Below the pieces are notes generated by a model. That model was not told where the DNA came from and did no database searches. It worked only from the letters and a program-made list of their open reading frames with translations. Shown piece after piece: positions 38,980 through 51,929 of a stretch of DNA of 64,000 bases. Numbering within the stretch: the stretch's first letter is position 1; each line of letters begins with the position of its first letter. This stretch comes from Octopus sinensis. Its lineage: Eukaryota. The position numbers were made by a program, and so were the translations under genes. The DNA is taken from positions 87,978,001 to 88,042,000 of the forward strand of contig NC_042998.1 in the NCBI RefSeq assembly GCF_006345805.1, read 5' to 3'.

Positions 38980-39514
38980 TCTCCTAGTCAGAGCCTTTGG
39001 AGAGTTTCTCACGTAGTCAGTGGTGCATTTTAGGTTTAGAGCAGTTGGGTGAAAGCAACGTTACTGCTCTAGACGTCAGCAAAGCCTTCAACCCCGTCTG
39101 ACATATGAATCTCCTATCAAAATGTCTATGTGCTCCACCCGTCTCCCATATCTTGGGTCGGTGACTCCCTGTCAGCTCGTACCATCGCGACATGTATCGA
39201 CAGGACTCTTTCATCTCACTCTAAATCAACTCTGGTGTACCCCAGGGCTCTCTTTCTTTTTGTTCATCAATAAACTGTTTGTTGCTACATCTACTAACGC
39301 CCACATTTATTCAGGTATCTCGCCCCTTTATGAAACATGCATCAGCTCCACTCGACGTAAACTTAGACAGCACATGCTCAACTTGGAATTGATTTCAAGG
39401 CCAGAGATCTTGAGAGCATCCTCTAGTGGAGCCATGCTAATCTTGTCTTTTTTAATAGCAAACACACACACATACATACACACACACTCACACACACACA
39501 TACACACACACGCA

Positions 39515-39580
<66 letters not shown>

Positions 39581-39870
39581 TGCATTCAATAGCTACTCAT
39601 ATCAAGAAATCACCGAAACACCTTTCATAAATATGAGCGGCACTCTGCGAGGGTTCACGCAGTTTCTCCAAAATGCTGGGCCTTACAGTCACCGAATATG
39701 AAACCTGTAAAAAGCACATCCTTAACGTTTTTAGGACCATCTCTTGAGAGCTAGAAAATACTTCAGCCCCAACAGTTGCTAACACTCTACAAAGCTCATG
39801 GTGCGCTGCTCTACATCGGGGACTGTGCTTCTGCTATGCTCATCGACATCTTGAACCGCACACAGAAACA
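38980..39870 (+). mobile_element. Degenerate CR1/L2-group LINE RT fragment split by a (CA)n microsatellite
   Basis: ALDVSKAFNPV*H.NLLSK, GVPQG-like region, RARKYFSPQQLLTLYKA. Confidence 0.6.
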
Positions 39871-41179
39871 GTTATTATAAGCTGAAGCTTCTTAAATTGT
39901 AACTAGTTTCACGTTTCCGATTCTTTTTAAACGATTAAAGAAGTATAGCAACATGACAATATATAAGCAAATAAACATATATTATGACATTGCTACTCTT
40001 CTTTAATCATCTGATCCAACTGTAAAATAAACTCGGAGTTAAGATTCAAAAAGTCAGTGCTTTTAATGAAAGATATACACACTGTTCTTTACGTTTTATG
40101 TATTTTTCCTGCTTCTAAATGCAAACGCTCAAACAATTCATATACTTATGGCTGTATGTATGTGTGTATGTATGTATGTATGTATGTATGTATGTATGTG
40201 CGTGCGTGCGTGCGTGCGTGTGTGTGTGTGTATGCGCGTGTGTGTATATATGTGAGGCTTTCAATTTTAGCAGCTTTTATAGTTTTAGTAGTTTTCATGT
40301 TCATCAGAAAGAATGATATAAATCCGTTTCCTAGCGATGTGTAGTGATTGTGTCTTAGTGCTGTTGAAAGAAACTGCTACCATATCCTCTATATTCTCAA
40401 GGTCAGGCGAACACATCATGTCTGGTGTAAGGTGTTTAGGATGGGTTGCTGTTGGATTAAACCTAAGCGATGGATGTTAAGGGATGAAAGCTGGTATGTT
40501 GTACATAGGAATGTAAATTAATAGAGAGAACGGGAAACATAGAAAGAAATGAGTCCTGGATTTACAACCGAACTTTAGTGCATGCACGACTTATTAGACT
40601 GAGAACTTGATGGATCGAATTGCAACTAACAGCAATGGAACGATCGAACAATATACTTCTGATCCAAGATATGAGAGATAAACGGAAGTCAATGGATGGT
40701 TTGTGTTATATACGGTTGAATGCATCCCATGTTGAACATCATTGCTTCTCACTATAGAAGAGTTATCACTATTTAGTGCCATAGCAAACAAAGTCTTCGG
40801 TAGATTTAGCTTCATGGAAGCCATATTAGTGATAACAGAAGAGGGTGGCAAGTTCAAGGCGATGACTATTTTCTTTATATTTGAGATGTTAAAAGAGGGC
40901 ATCTTTTGCTTTCCTTCAAGAGTAGACAAACATATGTTATAATGTTGGTTAAAATCATCTCTCTTAGTAGTGGTACGGTTTTCTGCGGGTATTGTAGAGT
41001 GTTTTGGGGGCATTTAGTGCTGCAAAGTTCGACGTAGAGGAGAAATTTTTTGAAGATGAAGAATGTATGAGTAAACATCTGCAATTACTGAAGACGCTCT
41101 GTGTGCCAGAATTGAAGCGGACCCACAAAAACAACACTAGAGGTTGCAGAAAAACTAGACATTGACCATTCAAAAGACT

Positions 41180-41830
41180 TTATATATTTGCACTACAATG
41201 AAATTTGAAAATCTTGACAAACGAATGCCGAAGTAGAAAATCAAATTACTGTTCCAAAGCCAGCCCAGTGCTTCTTTTGCGCAGCAAAACAATGCGCTTT
41301 TATGATATTGTAACATGATGGAAAATGAGTACTATATGAAAACTTATGGTGTCGTGAGCAGTGGCTGAACCGAAATGAGACACCGAAATGCTTTCTCAAA
41401 CTGTAGTTGCATTTGTAGGAGTTGTGGTCAGTATCGTGTGGTTGATAAATGGAATCATTTACAACTTCTTGGATCCTGGTGGAGATATTTTCGCAGAGAA
41501 ATAGATAAAATGCGTAGAAAACATCAAAATTTACATCTAGCATTGGTTGGTCGGAAAGAACCAATTCTTCTTGTCTATGTTAACTCCTGGCCATATGTCT
41601 CGCAAATAACTCGGCAAAAATTGAATAAATTTGGTTTAAAAATTCTACCTTATTCATCTTACTCCACAGATTTCTCTCCCACCGACTATCACTTTTTAAA
41701 TATTTCAGTTACTTTCTGCAAAAGGTTTCCAACAAACAAAACGCAATACCTTCGAAGAAGATGTCTGTTCTAGGACTAGAATTATTTGCTATCAGAATAA
41801 ATAGTCTTGCTTCATGTTGAAATTCTTTTA
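41180..41830 (+). mobile_element. Mariner transposase catalytic-domain remnant (degenerate)
   Basis: EIDKMRRK...ALVGRKEPILL..NSWPYVSQITRQKLNKFG.KILPYSSYSTDFSPTDYHF corresponds to the mariner HDNARPH / YSPDL.P.DY region. Confidence 0.8.
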
Positions 41831-41864
41831 AATCTAAAATTATTACGAGCCGAAATATTTAGTT

Positions 41865-42245
41865 CTTTATTGCCCACAAGGGGCTAAACATAGAAGGAAC
41901 AAACAAGGACAGACAAATGAACTAAGTCAATTACATCGACCCCAGCGCGTAACTGGTACTCATTTAATCGACTCCGAAAGGATGAAAGGAAAAGTCGACC
42001 TCGGGGGAATTTGAACTCAGAACGTAGCGGCAGACGAAATACCTATATCTTTACTATCCACAAGGGGCTAAACACAGAGAGGACAATCAAGGAAAGACAA
42101 ATGGAATAAGTCGATTATTTAACCGACCCCGAAACGATAAAAGGCAAAGTCGACCTCGGCGGAATTTGAACTCAGATGTAACGGCAGACGAAATACTGCT
42201 AAGCTTTTAGCCCGGTGTGCTAACGTTTCTGCCAGCTCGCCGCAT
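41865..42245 (-). mobile_element. Dimeric SINE (same family as 34258-35196)
   Basis: Two B-box units and one head. Confidence 0.8.
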
Positions 42246-42785
42246 TCGAGATAGTATTGCTTTAAAGATGATCTTCAATTACTTTTTGCACTAACTTAGT
42301 AATTATTAATTGAATGGAAATTAAATAGTAAAAGTTCCCTTCTAGTATTTTCATATATTTATTCACAGATCTCGTGAATTTGTCACAAAGACAAATAGAA
42401 TTAAGGTGTAAATTGTTTTAAAAAATAATACGCACATTAGAAGTTATGATCCTCATGCCATTTCCGCTTACATTATTGTTGCAAAAAGAAGTAATGTGAT
42501 TTCGTAATGGAGTGCTTTAGTTACCTGAATGGATCTTAGTATAAGCCTCGTAATCAATTGATATATAGTGGATAAATTGCATGGGTGGCTCCAGTAGAAT
42601 ATAAACTCAGAAAGATGAAATTAATTATTACAAGGCATGTAGTCCAATAGACTTAGCAGTCTTGCCATTCCATTGATCTTCATAAATTCGGAATAATAAA
42701 TGAAATATCTTTGTTTCAACATTAAACGCCCGCTTTCACATTTCATTCGAATTTGTAAACAGTCTGTGCAAGAAGTCAAAAGCAA

Positions 42786-42856
42786 ACTTACCTGACTGCT
42801 AGACTCTACAATGTTAATTCCATGTAAAATATCCGCGTAAGAGTAGCTTTTATAGC
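42786..42856 (-). promoter_or_regulatory. Candidate tyrosinase core promoter (TATAAAAG) and short non-coding first exon ending in CAG|GTAAGT
   Basis: Minus strand has TATAAAAG at 42854-42847 and a consensus donor CAG|GTAAGT at 42794-42786. The acceptor at 36609 implies an upstream UTR exon. The assignment is inference. Confidence 0.45.
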
Positions 42857-43004
42857 TCAGAAGAGTTATATCTGCAATAGTTTCTCTGACAAGGGGGTGC
42901 TCTGACTACAGAACAGGTTAGAGTGTTTTCATTTTGCGCTGTTATATATATATATACACACATATTCATACATATATATGTATATTTGTATATATATATG
43001 TGTG

Positions 43005-43058
<54 letters not shown>

Positions 43059-43062
43059 ATAT

Positions 43063-43097
<35 letters not shown>

Positions 43098-43172
43098 GGG
43101 TGTGTATATATGTATATGTATTTTATATTTTTTATTTTTTTTATTTTATTTAGTTTCAGCTCACAAGCTGTG

Positions 43173-43235
<63 letters not shown>

Positions 43236-43236
43236 G

Positions 43237-43267
<31 letters not shown>

Positions 43268-43320
43268 ATGTACATATATATATATATGTATATATATACA
43301 TGTATATATATATATATTAT

Positions 43321-43365
<45 letters not shown>

Positions 43366-44994
43366 GTGTGTGTGTATGACGTATTGATTGAGTTACTGAA
43401 AAGTTTTCTTTAGTCAAGTGGCAACTTGAAACCCTCATAATTGTTTACAGCAAATGCTGTAAAAGTGACATCTTTTATTTTCTTGTAATATATTGTTATA
43501 ATGATCAGTAAATATCCAATGAGCTAAAAATCAGTTTCGTTAAGATGCAGAAACTGCTAGACTTAAATTTACATGACAATGGTCGTGGTGGTAGTGATGG
43601 GGAATAATAAACAGCATAGCAAAACGCAAGAGAAAAAACAAAATGAGAATAAATGAAGTCAGAATAATTTTTCTAATCAATTAAATTTTTTTATTAAGAT
43701 AATTAAGATTATAAGTGTTTCACTCTACTTGAAATAAACTCACTTATAGGTTTACCTTATTCACTTGAGACAGCTGTTATGATATGCAAAGATGGTAGGA
43801 GGTTATAAATCTGATACAGTTTCATAAATTTCAACAAGAATCTTTGCTCTATAAAACTAAAGTGTTTCATAGAAATGTTTATAGTCTTTGTATAGAAATG
43901 CAACAAAAAAAACAGGAGTTTTATTACTTTCCAACAGTATATTATACTACCAAAATATTGCGAAATACGTGTGCATATTTTTTAAGTATAAATACGATGT
44001 TAGTCTATGAACAGGAAAAAGAGAGAAAAAAGTGAGCACAAGCTGGGACTCGAATCCCTTATGTCTTATGTTTACTTACCAGTTCTTTCTATCTAAGTCT
44101 GTATTAACTTTGAATATACAGAAATATAATTTTAAAGCAATCTTATTTTAATGTTAAATAAGTGAGACATTAAAGAAATTGTATAGTGTTTAAAGCACTT
44201 TATGCTATAATTCATAATACATTACTGCAGTTTCTTCAGTCTCAAATTAATAAAAATAAAACATAGTAAGATTCAAACTCCAATCTACAAATCATTAAAG
44301 GTCGTACAAGGAGAGGTTAATCATCCAGTCAGTTGAACACACTTCTATTAAGCTGTCCTTCATTTGTCATCTGATGGCCGAAAAAGCAGTAGAATTCAAT
44401 TATTTTTACTAAGAACCTAGAGTTTCACTTACATCAGACGTTAATGTGCAACACAGGAGATCTCCGTGTGATATCTTGCCAACTCAGCCTCTCTGTTTTC
44501 ACCACATGCTGTCTCGGACAAAAGATATTCTCTTGCTGAGCAATTAACTTATTGCTTTTGGACCTAAAGTAAAGCCTATACTAATCATAATATAAACCTG
44601 GAGGAACAGACTTTTCTAGATATAAGAATTTTTTTTTTTATTCCTAAAATTTACTAATGGAAAATTTATCTAAATTCCATCAAATATCTGCAAACTTTAT
44701 CATGACAAAAATAGTAATAATATATATTAAATGTAGCAGAATGAGGGTCATTAACTCTCTCACGTTTACATTCAATATATTGCTATTATTTGAATTGTTA
44801 AGTACAGAACTAAAGTGCATAAAACATCTAACCAAATTCTCAAAGACATATTCCATAAAAGTAGCAATGGTTATGTTGGTTATAGAACATACATATAGTA
44901 GTTGTTTCAGACTCTCTAGTTAGTACTTAACACATTAATGCTTAAATCTGATTAAAGTCAATGACTGTCATACTTATATATTCAATATATTGCA

Positions 44995-45440
44995 ACTGAA
45001 GGCGGCGAGCTGGCAGAAATGCTTAACAGTATTTCGTCTGTCTTTATGTTCTGAGTTCAAATTCCGCCGAGGTCGACTTTTCCTTTCACCCTTTCAGGGT
45101 CGATTAAATAAGTACCAGTTACGCACTGGGGTCGATGTAATCGACTTAATCCGTTTCTCTGTCCTTGGTTGTCCCCTCTATGTTTAGCCCCTGTAGGCAA
45201 TATAGAAATAAATATATTGCAACTGAAAGGCGGTGAGTCGGCAGAAATGTTAGCACATTGGTTGAAATGTTTAGCAGTATTTCGTCTGTCTTTGCGTTCT
45301 GAGTTCAAATTTCGCTGAGGTGTACTTTGCTTTTCGGGATCAGTAAATTAAGTACCAGTTGATTACTGGGATCGATCTAATCGACTGGTCCCTCCCCCAA
45401 AATTTCAGGACTTGTGCTTAGAGTAAAAAAGAATATATTG
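44995..45440 (+). mobile_element. Two tandem SINE copies, each with its own head
   Basis: ggcggcgagctggcagaa at about 45001 and ggcggtgagtcggcagaa at about 45229. Confidence 0.8.
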
Positions 45441-46086
45441 CAACTGATTTACCAAATCAGTATCAAGGCTGTTTAAAGAGATATTCATAGTTTATTTGGA
45501 ATATCTACTCGATTACATCGATTATATTTTTATTTATACTGTTATATCAATTTCAATTATCTTTTCACTAATTGTCTAATGACAAGATACCTGGCACCTA
45601 ACACCATGGCAACTAGTACCTCACATCTAGTTATTCGAATTTCATTTTGCGATCGTCAGATTCGACGACTGGAATCATGAAATTTGAATTATGGTAGTAG
45701 CTGTTACAACCATATATGCACGTGTGTATGTGTGTGTGTGGTGGTGGGGGGGGCAGCAATGTAGTAGATGTACAATGTAGTAGATATACAAAAAGGGCAA
45801 AGATCTTACTATTTCCTGCGCAGATTGAAACTGATAATGAACAGACTTAATCGATTTTCGAACCTTATTGCATTCTCATCAGAGGCGTCTATATCTGTTT
45901 GAACAAACGCAGAGAAGCAAGCAGATGATATGCTCAACAAATCCAGTAACTCTTTCTTTAATATAAGGGGTCCGTCAACGAGGACCTCCGTTCATACTAT
46001 ATCAAGGTGTGATGTAATATATGTAACCTGTAATATTATATATAAGCAGAGTTATACATGCATGTATGTATGTGTATAGATTTATA

Positions 46087-46143
<57 letters not shown>

Positions 46144-46146
46144 CAC

Positions 46147-46179
<33 letters not shown>

Positions 46180-46181
<2 letters not shown>

Positions 46182-46555
46182 GGCGGAGGAGTGGCTGTGT
46201 GGTAAGTAACTTGCTTACTAACCACATGGCTCCGGGTTCAGTCTCACTGCGTGTCACCTTGAGCCTTCTACTATAAGTGTCTTCTACTACAGTCTCAGGC
46301 CGACCAAAGCCTTGTGAGTGGGAAGAAACTGAAAGAAACCCATCGTATAAAAATGTGCGCGTGCGTGTGTCCGAACATCGCTTGACAACCGATGCTGGTG
46401 TGTTTATGTCCCTGTAACTTAGCAGTTCGGCAAAAGATATCGATAAAATAAGTACACGGCTTACAAAGACTAAGTCCTGGTGTCGATTTGCTCTACTAAA
46501 GGCGGTGTTCCAGCATGGCCGCAGTCAAATGACTAAAACAGAAGAATAAAAGAAT
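46180..46555 (+). mobile_element. tRNA-derived SINE, third family
   Basis: ggagtggctgtgtggtaag..gggttcagt..gtcaccttg..ggccgaccaaagccttgtgag..ccagcatggccgcagtc. Fragments also at about 57060-57170 and 59270-59440. Confidence 0.75.
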
Positions 46556-46635
46556 ATAAATACATATATATACATAATAAGAAAAAAGGAAAACTTTTGT
46601 TGCAGCACACCTAATTATTGCTCAATATGAGCAAA

Positions 46636-47050
46636 ATATAACAAAAATCAAAGTGGATGACAGATTATCGTAGGTCAAGTTCCTTTATCAGGAGAATACC
46701 TAAAAAGTCCATCGAGATGTTAGGTTTCAAGCGCTCCAATATTACAAATCAAAGAAAAGCAGTATTGCACAACCTTACGATCGTTTCGAGGAATGCGTTT
46801 GTATTGGGCGAGTTTTCCAGTCGATACAACAGTCGCATGAGAGAAATGCGACTATTTGTATAGGCTGGAAAACTCGCCCAATAAAAACGTATTCCTCAAA
46901 ACGATCATAATGTTATGTATTACTGCTTTTCTTTAGATTGTAATATTGGAGCGCTTGAAACCTAACATCTCGATGAACTTTTTAAGTATTTCGTATTCCC
47001 ATGGTAAAGGAACTTGACTTACGATAATCTGTCATCCACATTGATTTTTG

Positions 47051-47056
<6 letters not shown>
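46636..47056. mobile_element. Near-perfect foldback element: arms 46636-46838 / 46846-47056, 7-nt loop
   Basis: Arms pair along their whole length by eye, with scattered mismatches and small indels; TA/AT-rich ends. Confidence 0.9.
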
Positions 47057-47086
<30 letters not shown>

Positions 47087-48063
47087 GTAAATGTAATATG
47101 TGACAATTAATCGGTAGCCATGATAAAACTCCGAGTTTCGGATGCCGAGGTGGAAATCCACGCCGCTATCTCTTCACTTATCCCGCCATCGGCAAAATAT
47201 TATGAAAAATGACCGTTATACAAAGGGAAATTACTGTGTGATTGACCGTTATTAAGACAAAAGAGCTATTTGAATGACCGCTAAGTGAGAGAAGGGAGTA
47301 AAAGTAAGGGAGTAAAAAGTTCATAGTATTCGCGTAAGCGCGCATGTTCATACCTACACGTGCGCGCCCGCACACTCACGTACGTGCGCCTAAAAGTATA
47401 CATTCATCTAAGGGAGTGTACAAAGAGTAAACCATGTCTATATACGCACATACCCGTATTCACGCACGCACACATGCCTATATACGCACATACCCACACA
47501 CGTCTATATACGCATTCGCACACGCACGCCCAGAAAGATCATACACGAGAAAAAACAGGGTTAAAGGCAAAAATACAGGAAAATATGGAAAAACACTGAG
47601 TAAAACACGTCTATATACGCATATACTCGCATGCACGCAGACACGCACATATCCACACATATCTATATACGCACATACCCGCACATACACACACATACAC
47701 ACGCGCGAACAAAAGAATCCATATACACGTCTTTATACGCACAGGGAAAATGCAGGGTGGAAGGTAGAATACAGGAAAAATGTATAAAAAATATATAAGC
47801 GATAAACCTATAAACCAATATCTCAATAAATATGTAAGAAATATATGTATAAAAAATATAAATAAAAATATATAAGAAATATAAGTGAAAAGTATAAAGA
47901 GATAAAGAGCTTGTGCGTGGACACAATATAGAAAGCAAGTTTTATCTGTAGTCTCGGGGGAACCAAAAACGTAACAAATATTTGGCCACGTGTGAGCATG
48001 ATCCGAAAAGTTCAGTTCTTGAATTCAGACATGTAGTGGGGTCTAAGCTGCTTTTCTAGATGA

Positions 48064-48124
<61 letters not shown>

Positions 48125-48521
48125 GGGTGAGAAAGCATTGCCAGATTTGTAATATATGCTGGAACAATTTTTTGTTAAAACTAAATCATTTAATTTACAC
48201 GAAGATTTATATTTTAATTTTTAATCTGAGAAAGACAGTCATATTTGTTATAAAGCGTTCACTGAGATCGAAGAAATCGAATGACTGTTTGTATGCAAGG
48301 ACGACTACGAACATTTATTGTTATCCTGGGAAAGTGTCGAACACTAAGGTATACATCATTCTAGGTGTATGCCAAGTTGAGGGTACAGATAATGAAATAT
48401 ACATGTAATACCCTGGGAAGGCCTTCCATCTCGTTTTTATTCTTCATAACTAGGAATAGAAATTTTGAAAAACATTCATTGAAAAACTGTGTAGTTATTG
48501 CAGGACAAATAAACACCGACA

Positions 48522-48830
48522 CAAGGGCCAAATTAAGACCCATCGAGGCCCTGAACACTTAAAAGATGTTGGTGCCTTCATAAAAGATTATGTAATTCAA
48601 AATAAAATTTTTTTTTTTTTTCAAAACGAAACAAAACAGTAAGAGGGGAAATAGTGCTTATTTTTGTATATTTCAACTTTATATTTGAAAAGTTTCCTCC
48701 TACTTTTTTGAATTGCAAAGTCTTTGATAAGATCCTCAAAATTAATCTTAGGTAACACATCTGCATCTATACTTAGTAGAGATAATGGCATCTCGAATAT
48801 TATTTTAGCAAGTTTAAAGTGATTTCTTTT
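48522..48830 (-). mobile_element. hAT DNA transposon 3' end (dimerisation-domain C-terminus and terminal repeat)
   Basis: LSLLSIDADVLPKINFEDLIKDFAIQKSRRKLF; terminus caagggccaaattaagacc..gaggccct resembles CAGGGCCGGATTAA-type hAT ends. Confidence 0.65.
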
Positions 48831-49395
48831 GTGCCGTAAATCATCTATCATTTCTGTAGTTTACGTAAACCATTTAACATTTTTGTGCTTAGATGCTCTA
48901 AGCACGTGCTTATTTTACTCTCTTGATGCTCTAGGCTCGTGCTCACTTTACTTAATAGTTAATCCAGCACTGACCGACACTTATAGATATAGGTATATAA
49001 AGCCAGTATTACTCCCCTTTTGTTCACCTTAACCCCTGCTGATGAAGGGGTTGCAATATTAGTTGAGATAAACATTCTACAAGGAACATGTCTCGTTCAT
49101 TGGATGGCTTTATAGGATACATATGTTAATCTTAATGTATGTACATTGATATATTTTCCCATCAGTCTGTTCAAGCTACTTTTATATAATACATATGGAT
49201 ATCATAGCTCTCTTATTTGAATCCTTTCTATTTCACTGAGCTCTTTGCTAAACGCTTGTAAGAAGAAATATTCTTGTTTTATCTACGAAAAATCCATTCT
49301 TATCGTTAATAGTGAATACATACATACATACACACATATATATGTTTGTATATGTGTGTATGTACACATCTATGTTTGTAAATACGGTGTGTGTG

Positions 49396-49437
<42 letters not shown>

Positions 49438-51221
49438 TATTATGTATGTATGAATGTATGTATGCATGCATGTATGTATGTATGTACGTGTGAGCGCGCG
49501 TGTGTGTGTATCCAAAACAATGTATGCGTAATATTATACAGGTTAACCAATGTACTTACCCAAATATAGATGTCTACTCGTTCCAACATACATACTCACA
49601 CATGAACGCACAGGCACACACACGCACGCACGCACGCACTCACATACATACAAACATATATTTACAAAAACCCTGCAGTGTCAGGTAAGTTTAGTAAGAG
49701 AGCGAAATAGACTTATCATAACAAAAGCTACAGCCAGCACACGGCTTGAGATGAGACACAAGATATATTTCTTAAGAAGAGAGAATATCATTCATCTTCC
49801 TGTATCTCTATGGAACCTGACAATTTTTGCCATTTATTTATAACTAACATTTCCTGAAGTATAAGAATCCATCCCCGTCTTGAGACTTATTCTTCAATTA
49901 GTACAATACTTCTAACTGTTTTATTCTGTGGAGCCTATCGTCTTTGTTGACTTTTGACATTCTGCCATTCTTTACATACAAACTATCATTGATATATTAG
50001 AAGATACAAATGAATGGCTCCTCCCACTGCAGCCTTTAAAATATGATAATTAGATTCATATTTAGGTCTAACAATGGAACAAGGCCTCGGAATTGTGGAG
50101 AATTGTTTATTGTTTATTTTATCGACCTGGGAATGGTGAAAGACACAGTCAGCTTTGGTAAATTACAAAACTGTGAATACAAAGAGGTGTAGTCCAAAAC
50201 TGTAAAAATATTCTCTCTGTCGAGTCTTACATTAATAATCTCTCTCACTTCCCCCATCTCTCTCTCTCTCTCTCTCTAGATTAATAATAGTTTCCAACAT
50301 GGACACAGGGCCAGAAATATGATGGTGGGGAAGGTTAGTTGATCTAATCGACCCAGTACCTAACTGGTACTCTATTTTATCGATCCCAAAAGGAGTCAAA
50401 CATTAGGCTGTCCCTTTCTACCCTAAAGAATTTTTACTTCTGCTCTTAGCCAGTGAAGAAACTTGAAGAGAACCCCACCATCCCTACATTCCTTCCTTGT
50501 GCACAGCACACGTTTTTACATATCTGCAATCTCACCAGACATGCTTCTTCCTCGTGCCAACATTAACGGAGGCAGCCCTAGAAACCCGTGTCTAAAAATA
50601 AGAGTTTCCACGGGTAATAGTGTTGGTGGTAGCGGTGGAGGCGATGGTAGTGATGATAGTAGTGGTGGCGGCAGTAGTTATGGTGTGGGTGACAGTGGTA
50701 GCGATGACAGTGGAAATGAATGAGGATTAGTTGGTGTCCGTTTGAAAGAAAAATAGTTGATGGATTCAGTTGATATTTATATAAGGGTGCTTATCCATCA
50801 CTAACCCGTAGCACTTTCAGTTCAATGATAGAACAATTAAGATTTAATTCAGATCTCATAAGAAAATCTTTTAAAAATACACGTACAGTACCGATTTTCG
50901 GGAACCTTTGTTTCCGAAGCCTTGCCAGATTATTAATTTTTCCGAATCAGGCGTGTTGTGTCCATATTGGTCAACACACTCTAAATTAAACAAATGTTAA
51001 ATTTATCTAAATAGTTAAATGAAATACAGATGTCTGTACAGTATTAATATTATTATCAATTTATTAATACTGAACTAGTCAGTGCAAGGAATCGGTAGAC
51101 TAGTCTAGCGACCGCGGGAAATTATGGTTCCTGTTCGTAATTTAGTGCGGATTATAAAATGTTCTGGAGCATCAGTGTCTGGAATTTCGGTGTCGTATAT
51201 TAAAAGCAGAATAATAGAAGT

Positions 51222-51570
51222 GAAAGCGCATGACTCAGTGGTCAGAGAATGAAGCGCATAGCTCAGTAGTTAGAGTGTTGGTCTCATGAGGTAGTGAATT
51301 TGATTCCCGGTCTGGGCTCTATATTGTGTTCTTGAGCAAGACACTTTATTTCATGTTGTCCCAGTTCACTCAACTGTAGAAATGAGCTGCGGCGTCATTG
51401 GTGCCAAGCTGTGTTGGCCTTTGCCTTTCTCTTGGATAATACCAATGGTGTAGAGTGGGGAGGCAGGTATGCTTGGGCGACTGCTGGTTTTCCATAAACA
51501 ACCTTGCCTTGACGTGCGCCTCAGAGGGGAACTTTTTGGGTGCAATCCCATCATCATTCATGACCGAAAG
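51222..51570 (+). mobile_element. tRNA-derived SINE with duplicated 5' head
   Basis: gaaagcgcatgactcagtggtcagag is followed by gaagcgcatagctcagtagttagag. Confidence 0.75.
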
Positions 51571-51929
51571 GGGTCTTTACCCCACTTTTTTTTAGTGTGA
51601 CAAACAACATCTAACCTACATAAGGCTAGAAACTCAAGGTATTACTGACCATTTTATTCTGAAATAGTGCACATCCTTCCATCAGAGTTATGACCGAAGT
51701 CAGATTTCAGGATGCATGACTGCAAAATTGATCTGGAGGTGTCTTGCAAACTATTTACACATGCAAGTACTATCAGTCGAGAACTCCGCATACTGGAAGC
51801 CAGCAAGTGTATGTGGTCATCAGGAGAGAATGCGCGCCGTTTCGGGGCCTACCTCTCGACGGCATCAATGCGCACTCATTGATATGAGGCCCCGCTTGCT
51901 AAATCAACTAGTTATTAAATACAGCTCAA

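Noticed and set aside
8196-41830. The two mariner fragments as halves of one split element
   Set aside because: Both include the KLDKW region, they differ in decay, and 33 kb containing a gene lies between them; they are separate copies.
36700-44600. MITF-type CATGTG E-boxes near the tyrosinase 5' end
   Set aside because: Only isolated hexamers at about chance frequency, with no full M-box; vertebrate regulation cannot be assumed.
49670-49695. Plus-strand CAG|GTAAGT resembling the 42.8-kb donor context, suggesting a divergent paralogue
   Set aside because: No TATA box nearby and no downstream plus-strand coding exon found; it is compatible with chance.
50615-50723. Gly/Ser/Asp-rich ORF tail
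   Set aside because: Degenerate GGT/AGT/GAT low-complexity DNA with no exon signals.
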